A DNA stretch of 26,349 bases, taken from the NCBI GenBank assembly GCA_046482545.1, contig JAWOEX010000041.1:1-26349 (forward strand), read 5' to 3'. Below the pieces are notes generated by a model. That model was not told the DNA's origin. It saw only the letters and a program-made list of their open reading frames with translations, and made no database searches. Of this stretch, positions 17,274-26,349 are shown one piece after another. Numbering within the stretch: the stretch's first letter is position 1; each line of letters starts with the position of its first letter. The position numbers were made by a program, and so were the translations under genes. The stretch is from Candidatus Thorarchaeota archaeon (GTDB taxonomy: Archaea; Asgardarchaeota; Thorarchaeia; Thorarchaeales; Thorarchaeaceae).

Positions 17274-17576
17274 GGTCTTGTTGTCAGACACAGCATTTTG
17301 CCAACTTGACTTGTTGGGATCTCGGCATGCAGAACGAATCAAGGAGAGGCTTCGCAATCTCAAAGAAACCCCTTCATGGGTCGTTCAGGCGCAGATATGA
17401 AGAAGCTCGTTTCTGTTGGAGACCTTCCGCTCTGTCGATTACGTATAGGAGACTACAGAGCCATCTACTTCGTAGATGGAGAGGAAGTGAAAGTGACCCA
17501 AATGATACATCGAAACAAGGGATACAAATGGTTGGAATGCGTTGTTTCACTCGGGTATTTACTGAAGACCCCATAG
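17260..17576 (+). pseudogene. RelE/ParE-family toxin, frameshifted
   Basis: TTG at 17260 gives SEFEVLLSDTAF..L...AERIKERLRNLKE. After a 1-nt shift at about 17366-17372 it continues PFMGRSGADMKKL...RLRIGDYRAIY.V....VKVTQMIHRNKGY. Confidence 0.8.
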
Positions 17577-17636
17577 AAATTCGGCGCGGGCATCCTTGAT
17601 GCCTTGGTATCTGAGGGATCAAAGTAAAGGGGCCTC

Positions 17637-17960
17637 TCAATTTCCCGGATGAAGAGCAAATCCAAAGTCAGTGAAATGTGAATCGAATGTGAAGACTTCA
17701 TCTACTTACAATGAATTCTTGAGCGCAAAGATATCACAATCCGTAAAACTGTATCCGTAATCTGGATGGTTGCGAAGTATATCAAATGCTTTGCTTCTGA
17801 GCTCCAGTCACATGAATAACTTCAATGGATTCTGAGTTCATAATCGACTCAAAGAGCTTGACAGCAGCATGGTTTACTCTAACCATGGTCAGGGTCGTCA
17901 ATTCGTCCAGTATGTAGTCATTAGGCAACAGACTACCGCCATGTACGCATGAACTAATTG
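17637..17960 (-). pseudogene. VapC/PIN-domain toxin remnant (not in ORF track)
   Basis: Manual translation: NDYILDELTTLTMVRVNHAAVKLFESIMNSESIEVIHVT, then a frameshift at about 17790-17805, then AFDILRNHPDYGYSFTDCDIFALKNSL*VDEVFTFDSHFTDFGF. PIN motifs YILDE, SFTDC and FTFD.HF are present; internal TAA at 17706-17708; N-terminus not found. Confidence 0.75.
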
Positions 17961-18108
17961 CTACGAAAGAGCAAGCTCTTGGTTTTGTCTAGTTTGGCTC
18001 ATGTATTTCTTTTGGGAAATCAAGCCCGATAAGATGGTTTTCTTCCAACCCCAAACAAAAATCACCGACATCCTTATAGTATTTTCATAAAGTACGAAGA
18101 AGAAGAAT

Positions 18109-20094
18109 ATGACGTATGGTGTCGATATGATTTCGATACGAAAAACTATCAAAGATAACTATCAACTCATTATCGGTCTCATTATTTTGGTTATCGACCT
18201 TGCACCATATTACATATTCGGCTATGATACTAACATTGGAATACACGACGCCTACGATAGCACGGTCATTTGGTATGAAGTACTGGCCGAAAGTGGGATG
18301 CTATTCGCACCTAACGATGCAATAGTGCCCGGGATGATGAATGGGCTACCTAGGATATGTTATGGTTCTGAATTCTTTGGGTATCTCTGGCTGTTTCTTG
18401 TTTTTGATCCCTACGTTGCTAGCTTAATCAACATAACACTTGGCTATTTCATTGGCTTTACCGGCATGTACCTCCTCTTGAAGAAACATTTCTTAACTGA
18501 AGATAAGCACGAAATAATCAGAGTTGCTGCAGCTGTCTGTTTTGGCCTTTTGCAGTTTCGGCCATGTGGAGGTCTTGGCCTAACAGTACCAACAGGTCCT
18601 TTAGCGGTCTACGCTTTCCTCAACATTCGCAAGGGTAGTTCAAGTAAGAAAGACTGGGCTGTTCTACTTCTGATCCCATTTGTTGCATCAATAGTATACG
18701 GATACTTCTTTCTCCTGTCCATCATCGGTCTGCTATGGCTAGTTGATATCTTCAGAAAGAGGAGATTCAACAAGAAATTATTTGGTTCTATTCTAATGAT
18801 GGGGATTCTCTTCCTACTCGTGGAATATCGTCTCGTAATCGGAATGCTTCTGCCGTCCGACTACGTCTCGCATAGAATGGCATTCGTACATCCGCCTCTT
18901 TCACTACCTGAAGTACTCAAAAGTGCAATGGTGATGTTTCTTAGGGGGCAATACCATGCAGTTTCACTCCATGGGATAGGAGTATTGCTTGCGATAGTAC
19001 TCGCTTTCGGGCTAATCCTCTTCACTGTAGATAGAAGGCTTCAGGAGATTCTTGTAGGCGTCGGGATCTTAGGTACGATAGCCGCGATGGTTGCTGTGGC
19101 TATCTGGCACCCGATTTCAACACTCCCAGTAATTAATGGAGTTGTAACGCTGCTACCTTCACGAGCCCTCATACCATTGCTCCTACTTGGTGCTATTGGA
19201 GTCGCAGTGTTCTTGTTTTTTATATTTCAAAGCTATCAGTCAGAATCCAAGATTCTTGGAATCGACGTACTTCAAAAGGGGAAGATAGTTCGGTCTTTGA
19301 TTGCAGTTTCGGTTACCACTCTTGCCATTGCGTTATGGTTTGGCGTTTGGCAGTGGAGCATATGGGTACCACTTAAGGATGCATTCGAAATTCTCCGAAT
19401 GCTCCAATTTCATAGGTTCTATAGGCTAGGTCCAATGCTCTGGTACGCCCTTTTTGCTCTTGCTCTGGCAATTATCCAAAGAGGTCCATCATTTAGAAGA
19501 ATACCAACAAACCGAATTCTGGTGTTTGCCATAATTGTATTGCAGATAAGCATAGTATTTCCGTATAACTGGTCAGTAGTTTCCATGAATACGGGAAACC
19601 AAGATAGGCCAGTAACCTACCGAGAATTCTATGCTGAGGGCATGTTTACTCAAATCAGAGATGACATAGGACTTCCCCAAGAAGACTACAAGATTATCAA
19701 TATCGGGATTCATCCCGTTGTGGCTCAGCACAATGACTTCCATACCCTTGATGGCTACATTAACAACTATCCGCTTGAATACAAGCTGCAATTTAGAAAC
19801 ATCATTAGTCATGAACTTGCTAAAAACGAAGATCTGAAGACATACTTTGACCACTGGGGGAGCAGATGCTATACATTCGTGGCGGAACTGGATGGTAACT
19901 TTTTCTGTACCAAGGAAAAAGACTTGTCTATAGAAAACCTTGAATTGAACATTACTGCACTTCATGAGATGAACTGCTCGTATGTATTCTCAGCTGTAGA
20001 GATTCAGAATTTAGAGGATAATAGCCTGAGCCATTTCAATACTTACGAAAAAGCGGAATCAACATGGCGAATCTATGTCTACGAAGTATACTAG
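18109..20094 (+). CDS. DUF6044-like polytopic membrane protein (candidate GT-C-type glycosyltransferase)
   Basis: IHDAYDS, MMNGLPR, QFHRFY, TLDGY..NYPLEYK..FR.II..EL, YFDHWGSRCY; many TM segments plus a C-terminal soluble domain. Confidence 0.7.
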   Translation: MTYGVDMISIRKTIKDNYQLIIGLIILVIDLAPYYIFGYDTNIGIHDAYDSTVIWYEVLAESGMLFAPNDAIVPGMMNGLPRICYGSEFFGYLWLFLVFDPYVASLINITLGYFIGFTGMYLLLKKHFLTEDKHEIIRVAAAVCFGLLQFRPCGGLGLTVPTGPLAVYAFLNIRKGSSSKKDWAVLLLIPFVASIVYGYFFLLSIIGLLWLVDIFRKRRFNKKLFGSILMMGILFLLVEYRLVIGMLLPSDYVSHRMAFVHPPLSLPEVLKSAMVMFLRGQYHAVSLHGIGVLLAIVLAFGLILFTVDRRLQEILVGVGILGTIAAMVAVAIWHPISTLPVINGVVTLLPSRALIPLLLLGAIGVAVFLFFIFQSYQSESKILGIDVLQKGKIVRSLIAVSVTTLAIALWFGVWQWSIWVPLKDAFEILRMLQFHRFYRLGPMLWYALFALALAIIQRGPSFRRIPTNRILVFAIIVLQISIVFPYNWSVVSMNTGNQDRPVTYREFYAEGMFTQIRDDIGLPQEDYKIINIGIHPVVAQHNDFHTLDGYINNYPLEYKLQFRNIISHELAKNEDLKTYFDHWGSRCYTFVAELDGNFFCTKEKDLSIENLELNITALHEMNCSYVFSAVEIQNLEDNSLSHFNTYEKAESTWRIYVYEVY

Positions 20095-20365
20095 CTATCA
20101 CTCCTCCATGAGGGTCATGTCTCTCACAGTAGATACGGGATGTAACACAGGCAATGGAGCTCAACTGCTAGCTCTTTACGTGGAAGCGTTGCATCCGACA
20201 TGTGACTGCTTGAGACATCTGAACAGGAAATTCTTCTATCTTGAACCAGCGTTTCATGATATCACTTTCAACGCGAAGATTGAAAAGCAATCTAAAGTTG
20301 AGCACGATGGAAAGTCCGGTACAGTAAACCGAAGTAGACTTCGATAGAACTGGAATGAACCTGCA

Positions 20366-21328
20366 ATGACCAGAGATATCGTATTGGTGACAGGAGCAGC
20401 GGGATTCATAGGAGGGCATCTTTGTGAATACCTTCTCCAACGAGGAGTTCCCACAATTGGTGTAGATAATGTGAATGACTACTATGATCCGAAAATCAAA
20501 GAGAGTACAATTAGTCTTCTTTCTAATCACACAGAATTTGAGTTCTTCAGGACTGATGTTCGGGATTTCGAAAGCATGGAATCGATTATTGGAAATAATG
20601 ATGTAGGAACTCTAGTTCACTTGGCAGCAATGGCGGGGGTTAGGAGTAGCATAGAAAACCCCGGAAAGTACCTAGATGTGAATGTGAATGGTACCAACAA
20701 TATGTTGCAGTTATCTGTAGATAATGAAGTCGATAATTTCATCTACGCCTCATCCTCATCAGTGTACGGAGAACGCCAAGAAGTCCCATTTCACGAAGAA
20801 GATAGAACCGATAAGCCAGTATCACCTTATGCGGCTTCTAAGAAAGCAAGTGAGGTGCTAGCTTATTCATATCATTCGCTCTATGACATCCCAGTTTCAT
20901 GCCTCAGGTTTTTCACAGTTTACGGTCCACGTGGCCGACCGGACATGGCTCCATTCATCTTCATACATAGAATTTCCAAAGGCATCCCTATCAAGCAGTA
21001 CGGAGATGGGACAAGTCTACGCGATTATACGTATGTTAGTGATATAGTTCAAGGAATTAACGGGGCAATTGAGAATCCGCGGGGATATGAAATCTACAAC
21101 CTTGGGAACGCTGACCCCGTATCGCTGACCGAGTTCATTCATATTGTTGAGGATGCAGTAGGAAAGAGAGCTGAGATAGAAGTGGTTGGAGAACAGCCAG
21201 GTGATGTTCATAAGACCTACGCTGATTACACAAAAGCCAAGAAGCATTTAGGATATGAACCCAAAATACCACTCAGAGAAGGGATATCCAGAATGGTAGA
21301 TTGGTATAACGATACATATGGATCATGA
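20366..21328 (+). CDS. NAD-dependent epimerase, UDP-glucuronate 4-epimerase-like
   Basis: TGAAGFIG, HLAAMAGVR.S, ASSSSVYG, SPYAASKK, RFFTVYGPRGRPDMAP. Confidence 0.9.
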   Translation: MTRDIVLVTGAAGFIGGHLCEYLLQRGVPTIGVDNVNDYYDPKIKESTISLLSNHTEFEFFRTDVRDFESMESIIGNNDVGTLVHLAAMAGVRSSIENPGKYLDVNVNGTNNMLQLSVDNEVDNFIYASSSSVYGERQEVPFHEEDRTDKPVSPYAASKKASEVLAYSYHSLYDIPVSCLRFFTVYGPRGRPDMAPFIFIHRISKGIPIKQYGDGTSLRDYTYVSDIVQGINGAIENPRGYEIYNLGNADPVSLTEFIHIVEDAVGKRAEIEVVGEQPGDVHKTYADYTKAKKHLGYEPKIPLREGISRMVDWYNDTYGS

Positions 21329-22447
21329 GGCATCTTCTTCTGATTCCCTGTCTATTCGAACCACAAAACTGGGTGAAAGGAACGCGGTTTCCCAGCGTTT
21401 CGTAGTCCTAAGTTTGATTCCAGCATACGGGAAGTATCCCCATATGCTGCAAGAAATTGAATATTCTACGGATTTGAGGATTTTCTCCAAGTTGGCATAG
21501 TTGAAGAAGTGCTTGTGCCCCGGATTCTGGATTTTTTGAGGAGAAAATCCTAGTAGGGAACCAAGTCTATACATCCAAGCGTAACTGTTGGGTGTCGTCA
21601 GTATGACAAGCCCATCCGTCTTTGTCACACGGAGAAACTCATTGAGTGAACTCGACGGGTTATCGAGATGTTCCATAATCTCACTGCACCAGACAAGGTC
21701 AAAATGCTGATCTGGGAACGGTAATCTTTCGTTTGCATCAACAATCAGTGCTTCACTATACTTGGGCTCGATATCAACTGATGTGACATCGTATCCTACA
21801 TTTTTCAGCCAACGGCTTTGACGGCCTTCCCTACAACCAATGTCGAGGGCTTTTCCCACATTGGTTTTATTCTTCGCTTCAGATAAGACTTCACGCATGC
21901 CAATGATTTTGGCCATAGTATCGAATCGCATTTCTCCTTGTCCAAAATCAATCGGGAGATTTCTGAGAGCTTTTCCAAATGCCTTCATCATTCTCCTAAC
22001 TCCATCATCTACCTGCTTACTGTAAGAATGGCTAAAACCCTCTTGGTGCGACGTTCCATGTTCCCTACTATCTCGACCAGTCTTGAATGAATATAGATTA
22101 TGAAGAATGTATGTCCATATAAACACGATTCCTATCGCTGCCACTTTTACAACAAGATAATGCATCAAGAGATACTCCACACCAATCAGCATCACTACGT
22201 TGGTTAGGAATAAGCCTGTTACGGATACAAAGGTGAATCGTCCCAACTGGGTCATCCACTCCCCGGGACTTGTCCTGAATACCCACCTCTTATTGAGCCA
22301 GAATTTCGATAGAAGTGCTATGATGTAGGAAATTGTAACAGAGTAGATGTAGTAGAGTTGCACGATTTCCACTAGAAAAGAGAGCATAAAGATATCCAAT
22401 AAGGTAACGGAAATTGAGACAATAAGATACTTGCCAATCTTGATCAT
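21323..22447 (-). CDS. GtrA-like flippase fused to a class I SAM-dependent methyltransferase
   Basis: N-terminal 4-TM GtrA pattern (KY......T.LD, F.LNKRWVF, RF..V...G). C-terminal ALDIGC..G, VDI, LPFPDQHFDLV.CSEIMEHL, G.VILTTPN. Confidence 0.8.
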   Translation of the reverse strand: MIKIGKYLIVSISVTLLDIFMLSFLVEIVQLYYIYSVTISYIIALLSKFWLNKRWVFRTSPGEWMTQLGRFTFVSVTGLFLTNVVMLIGVEYLLMHYLVVKVAAIGIVFIWTYILHNLYSFKTGRDSREHGTSHQEGFSHSYSKQVDDGVRRMMKAFGKALRNLPIDFGQGEMRFDTMAKIIGMREVLSEAKNKTNVGKALDIGCREGRQSRWLKNVGYDVTSVDIEPKYSEALIVDANERLPFPDQHFDLVWCSEIMEHLDNPSSSLNEFLRVTKTDGLVILTTPNSYAWMYRLGSLLGFSPQKIQNPGHKHFFNYANLEKILKSVEYSISCSIWGYFPYAGIKLRTTKRWETAFLSPSFVVRIDRESEEDAS

Positions 22448-22471
22448 ATTGGATGTTCCCCAAGGATAAGT

Positions 22472-23425
22472 CTAGACACCTGTGACTTCCTCGACTACAT
22501 ATGGCTTCATTGCGACAGTTTCATAATACACTCGTGATATGTACTCTGCAAGTACCCCCAGAGTGAACATTTGTATCCCAAGAATAATCATTATGAGAGC
22601 AAGTGTGAATAATGGTCGATCTCCTAGGGGAGACCCAAGGAAAATACGTTCAATTCCTAGCCACAGGCTGATTAGGAAACCAGGTGCCGCTAGAAGGCCT
22701 CCCAGGGTTCCAAAAAGATGTAGAGGACTAGCAGAATAACGATACCAAAATGTAACGAACATCAAATCCAACCCTCCTTTCACAAGGCGTTTCAGTCCGT
22801 ACTTGGTCTCACCACCCCCTCTGGGCCTGTGAGTGACTTTCACTTCGCTCACGTTAAATCCTCTCCAGTTGAGGAGTGCTGGAATGTACCTATGCATTTC
22901 GCCTTGTAGTTTCAAACTCCTTGCAACTTCCCTCTTGTAGACCCTTAGTGAACAGCCCGAATCGTGAATCTCTTCACCGAGAAGACGTCTCCTCAACCAG
23001 TTTGATAATCTCGAAAAAATTCGCTTGCTGAAACTGTCTTCTCTCGTGTGGCGCCAACCGCAGATAACATCTTGGCCTCTTTCAAGCTTCTCAATCATAT
23101 CAGGAATGTTTGCTGGGTCGTCCTGCATATCCCCATCCATTGTGACCAAGAGATCACCCTCAGCATAATCAAATCCTGCCTGCATCGCAGCGCTCTGACC
23201 AAAATTCTTTTGCAACTTCACAACCTTGACATCTGGCAGTGACTCGAGAATTTCCACTGTGGAGTCCGTTGAACCGTCATCCACGAATAGGATCTCGTAC
23301 GAAACGTCCATCGATTCCAGTACGGTCTTTATTTCTTCACTCAGCGGTTTCACATTCTCTTGCTCATTGTATACCGGCACAACAACAGAAACATCAATCT
23401 CGTCTTCTCTCTCCAATTTCATCAC
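22472..23425 (-). CDS. GT2 polyprenol-phosphate glycosyltransferase (GtrB/ArnC-like)
   Basis: SVVVPVYNE, FVDDGSTD, NFGQSAA..AG, TMDGDMQDDP, HDSGCSLR.Y, GEMHRYIP, two C-terminal TM helices, GVLAEYISR. Confidence 0.92.
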   Translation of the reverse strand: MMKLEREDEIDVSVVVPVYNEQENVKPLSEEIKTVLESMDVSYEILFVDDGSTDSTVEILESLPDVKVVKLQKNFGQSAAMQAGFDYAEGDLLVTMDGDMQDDPANIPDMIEKLERGQDVICGWRHTREDSFSKRIFSRLSNWLRRRLLGEEIHDSGCSLRVYKREVARSLKLQGEMHRYIPALLNWRGFNVSEVKVTHRPRGGGETKYGLKRLVKGGLDLMFVTFWYRYSASPLHLFGTLGGLLAAPGFLISLWLGIERIFLGSPLGDRPLFTLALIMIILGIQMFTLGVLAEYISRVYYETVAMKPYVVEEVTGV

Positions 23426-23518
23426 CGCATGAGCAAATGGTCAATTGTCTCGCCCACAATTCTGTCTGGGACCTTTCCTTATTCATAAGTCTTGTTCACA
23501 AAATAAGAAAGGTCTATG

Positions 23519-24499
23519 CTAATCAGGCTGTACGGCATTCTTCGACTCAAACGCTGTAACATGCTTAGAAATAATACCCCATCGTCCAGAAATACCTCGT
23601 ACATTCGTTTGCCTCTCCAAAATCATGTCTTCCAGTTTACATTCTTCTACAACAGCATTATTGCCTACAGCAACAAATGGGCCCATCTGTGAATCACTGA
23701 TTTGAGCTCCGGGGCCCACATAGCAAGGCTCTACGATTTCTGTGCGTTCAATATGGCTAGACTGAGCTATATGATTGGATTCAGAAAGAAGACTGCGATT
23801 GCTCTTAATTAAGGTCTCAAGACGACCACAGTCATGCCAATCGCCAGCATCGAATGTAGATAGCTTCGCTCCGTTATCAATCATGATTTGGAGAGCATCT
23901 GTGAGCTGAAATTCACCGAGCTTTTTGTCGCGTTCCATCAATACATCCAGAGCCTGCTTCAGCTTGTGTCCCTCCTCAATGTAGTAGACACCTGCAATGG
24001 CTAAGCTTCCATCAAAGGTAGGAGGTTTCTCTACAAGGTTCTGGATTATTCCATTTTCATCAACACTCATCATACCGTAATGTTGCGGCTCATTCACATG
24101 TTTGGTTCCAAGTGCCCCAATTGCACAATCAGAATTGGATCGGGAGACTATCATGTCGGAGTAGTTTCGCTCGAAAATTTCATCCCCCAGCATGATTAGG
24201 ATTTCCTCATCCAGCAAATCACCCGCACAACGAATTGCATGCCCCAAGCCCAGCTGTTGTTCTTGGACAACGAAGTTGAGTTTGAGTTGGTCACCATATT
24301 TCTGATTAGCCCAAGACTGTAGTTTCTCTTTCATGTAGCCAACAATCAAGACAACTTCCTGAATGTGACTTCTCACAACATTATCAAGAATATGCTCAAG
24401 AACCGGTTTCCCTGCAACTTCTACCAACGCTTTGGGTTTGTATTGGGTTAAGGGTTGAAGTCTTGTTCCTTCGCCTGCAACTGGAATTATGGCCCTCAT
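23519..24499 (-). CDS. Sugar-1-phosphate nucleotidyltransferase (glucose-1-phosphate thymidylyl/uridylyltransferase-like, with C-terminal beta-helix)
   Basis: IPVAGEGTRLQPLT..KPK, Q.QQLGLGHA, LGD, VEKP, GEFQLTDAL, W.DCG. Confidence 0.9.
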   Translation of the reverse strand: MRAIIPVAGEGTRLQPLTQYKPKALVEVAGKPVLEHILDNVVRSHIQEVVLIVGYMKEKLQSWANQKYGDQLKLNFVVQEQQLGLGHAIRCAGDLLDEEILIMLGDEIFERNYSDMIVSRSNSDCAIGALGTKHVNEPQHYGMMSVDENGIIQNLVEKPPTFDGSLAIAGVYYIEEGHKLKQALDVLMERDKKLGEFQLTDALQIMIDNGAKLSTFDAGDWHDCGRLETLIKSNRSLLSESNHIAQSSHIERTEIVEPCYVGPGAQISDSQMGPFVAVGNNAVVEECKLEDMILERQTNVRGISGRWGIISKHVTAFESKNAVQPD

Positions 24500-24551
24500 G
24501 GTTTATCGCTCTGTCTCCGATGAAAAGGGGGAAAGAAAAGAATTTCCCCGC

Positions 24552-25868
24552 TTAGAAATGCGTGCCAATGGTTCTATATATAACATCTTTGGGAGGTTCC
24601 TCTTCGACAAAAACCCTCCGCCCGTCAATGAAGACCTTATTGTTCATCGATTCTGTTAGTCGCTCCAGACCCATTTCCTTGTAGATATCCCAAGCGGTCA
24701 CAAGAATACATGCATCAACATTCTGCATACAGGTTTCAATATTGTCTGTGAGAATGATATCAGAGGGGCATAATCCTTCGGTGGGCATTCTATTGACAAG
24801 GGGATCATGAATACAAATACGTGCATTCGTTTGGCGAAGCAGCTCCAGGACACGTAATGTGGGAGATGTCCGGGTGTCATCAGTTCCGGGCTTGAAGGCC
24901 AAACCCAACACTGCGATTTTTTTGTTCTTGAGATCAGGTACCTCATTCCTGAGAATAGAGAGCAAGCGCTTCGGTCGAGAAGCATTCACCTTTTCCGTGG
25001 CCCTAAGAATGGAGACATCTTCAGAAATGCTTTCCGCAAAACGAATGGCTCCTTCTACATCCTTGGGAAAACAGGAACCACCATATCCGACTCCGGCGCC
25101 GAAGAAATCTCCAGAAATTCTACTATCAAGTGAGACAGCTTTCATAACTTCATCAATATCTGCATTTGGTATTCTCTCGCATAGATTCGCCCATTCGTTT
25201 GCGAAGGAGATTTTCGTGGCAAGGAAACTATTAGCCACGTATTTGCAGAGCTCGGCTGATTCCATGCTCGTCTGTACATATTCAGGTTTATTATGAACTA
25301 TAACAGCATACATGTCACGTAATGTCTGGAAGGCTCTATTGTCCTCGGTTCCAATTACTATTCTATCTGGATTAAGAGCATCCTGAATAGCAGTTCCTTC
25401 CCGTAGAAACTCAGGATTGAAGGCTACCCCCACTTTCTTCGAATATGGAGTGCTCGAAATCCTGTCAAGCAGTGCCCGGCGGGTAGTGCCGGGAGGGACT
25501 GTACTTTTTATCGCGATAGTAATGTAGTCATCAATCAGGCTAGGTAAAGTCTCAAGAACATCGTCAACGGCAGATTCCACAGAACTGAGATTCACAGAGC
25601 CATCATTGTTCGAAGGAGTTCCAACGCATATGAAGACAACATCCCTTGAACCAGATTCATTCATAGCGTTACAGGCTCTTAGACGCCCATCGGATACCGC
25701 TGATTTCAGCCGGTTCTCTATACCGTCTTCGTGAATCGTAGATATTCCTGCATTTATCTTATCTACTGTTCTGCCATCGATATCCCTTAGCATTATCTCA
25801 TGTTTGGTTGACAAAACGACTCCCAACGATAGACCTACGTAACCAGCTCCAACTATCATGATTCTCAT
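24552..25868 (-). CDS. ugd: UDP-glucose 6-dehydrogenase
   Basis: GAGYVG, FICVGTP, KSTVPPGT, NPEFLREG, K..ANSFLATKISFANE, GYGGSCFPKD, GLAFKPGTDD.R.SP, DGR. Confidence 0.93.
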   Translation of the reverse strand: MRIMIVGAGYVGLSLGVVLSTKHEIMLRDIDGRTVDKINAGISTIHEDGIENRLKSAVSDGRLRACNAMNESGSRDVVFICVGTPSNNDGSVNLSSVESAVDDVLETLPSLIDDYITIAIKSTVPPGTTRRALLDRISSTPYSKKVGVAFNPEFLREGTAIQDALNPDRIVIGTEDNRAFQTLRDMYAVIVHNKPEYVQTSMESAELCKYVANSFLATKISFANEWANLCERIPNADIDEVMKAVSLDSRISGDFFGAGVGYGGSCFPKDVEGAIRFAESISEDVSILRATEKVNASRPKRLLSILRNEVPDLKNKKIAVLGLAFKPGTDDTRTSPTLRVLELLRQTNARICIHDPLVNRMPTEGLCPSDIILTDNIETCMQNVDACILVTAWDIYKEMGLERLTESMNNKVFIDGRRVFVEEEPPKDVIYRTIGTHF

Positions 25869-26067
25869 TGTAACGGTTCCCCAGCATTTGGTGGCGGTGG
25901 AGTTCCTGTGTGGTGTTCTGTCTAGTATTCTCTTGTTGACTACTTAAGACTCTTGCATGGCTATGCCAGCCAACATCATACTGGTAAGGGCTACCATATG
26001 TCTCTGAGATTTCTTTCTGTATGGGTTAGTTGTTCAGAAGATAAACTGGCATATCAGGTCATAGTAT

Positions 26068-26349
26068 TCAGCGGAAAACAGGCTTTCTTGGAAAGGGGGT
26101 AGCTTCCGATATATCTTCTAGACCACAGATATACCTAGTTAACCTCTCAAGACCGATTCCAAACCCCGCCGACGGAGGTATGCCTGAACGCAGCATGTCA
26201 AGATACCAATCATAGTCCTCTGGGGAGAGTCTCCTGCGCTTGAGTTTCTCAAGGACAACTTCATAGCGGTATTCCCGTTCACCACCTGAAATTCCTTCTC
26301 CAAATCCCTCAGGAAAGAGCAGGTCGAAATCCTTGAGTTTCTGCGGACA
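26068..26349 (-). CDS. C-terminal part of an archaeal-type asparagine synthetase A / AsnRS-like class II aaRS catalytic domain (runs off the window; not in ORF track)
   Basis: Manual translation: ...DFDLLFPEGFGEGISGGEREY...YDWYLDMLRSGIPPSAGFGIGLERLTRYICGLEDISEATPFPRKP; class II motif 3. Confidence 0.85.
   Translation of the reverse strand, partial: CPQKLKDFDLLFPEGFGEGISGGEREYRYEVVLEKLKRRRLSPEDYDWYLDMLRSGIPPSAGFGIGLERLTRYICGLEDISEATPFPRKPVFR

Noticed and set aside
17360-17376. Programmed -1 frameshift in relE
   Set aside because: No in-frame X XXY YYZ heptamer, and the apparent stop loss also suggests decay.
1-26349. CRISPR array, tRNA or rRNA genes; remaining short antisense ORFs in the track
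   Set aside because: No periodic repeat-spacer pattern or tRNA/rRNA signature seen. The short ORFs are shadows of well-supported genes.

Overview
Archaeal-looking window: BRE/TATA promoters, GAGG(T/A)G ribosome-binding sites and an archaeal-type asparagine synthetase. An Asgard/Thorarchaeota-like origin is my impression, not a result. Left part (minus strand): a sulfate-activation cluster with three TauE/TSUP transporters, sat, an AlkP-superfamily phosphodiesterase-like enzyme, cysC, an RHH regulator and a CysQ-like phosphatase. A 17-bp promoter/operator motif occurs in front of three of these genes. Middle: a MazF/PemK toxin, an SCP2-arylsulfotransferase fusion, a PAPS-dependent sulfotransferase coupled to a UbiA prenyltransferase, a membrane-anchored caspase-fold peptidase and decayed RelE and VapC toxin genes. 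Right part: a uronic-acid glycosylation cluster (UDP-glucose dehydrogenase, nucleotidyltransferase, GT2, GtrA-methyltransferase fusion, UDP-GlcA epimerase, DUF6044-like membrane protein) and the 3' end of an asparagine synthetase A-like gene. The main discovery is two diverged copies of a ~560-bp transposase-less element (8260-8815 and 12132-12690). Each is flanked by a 6-bp TCARGA direct repeat and splits a host gene in the sense orientation; removing it restores the reading frame. Both copies have helically phased TTACAG end repeats and carry a covarying, highly structured RNA overlapping a decayed protein tail. The best interpretation is a non-autonomous IS607/TnpB-like, omega-RNA-bearing element. 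All calls are from motif reading by eye; no searches were run.
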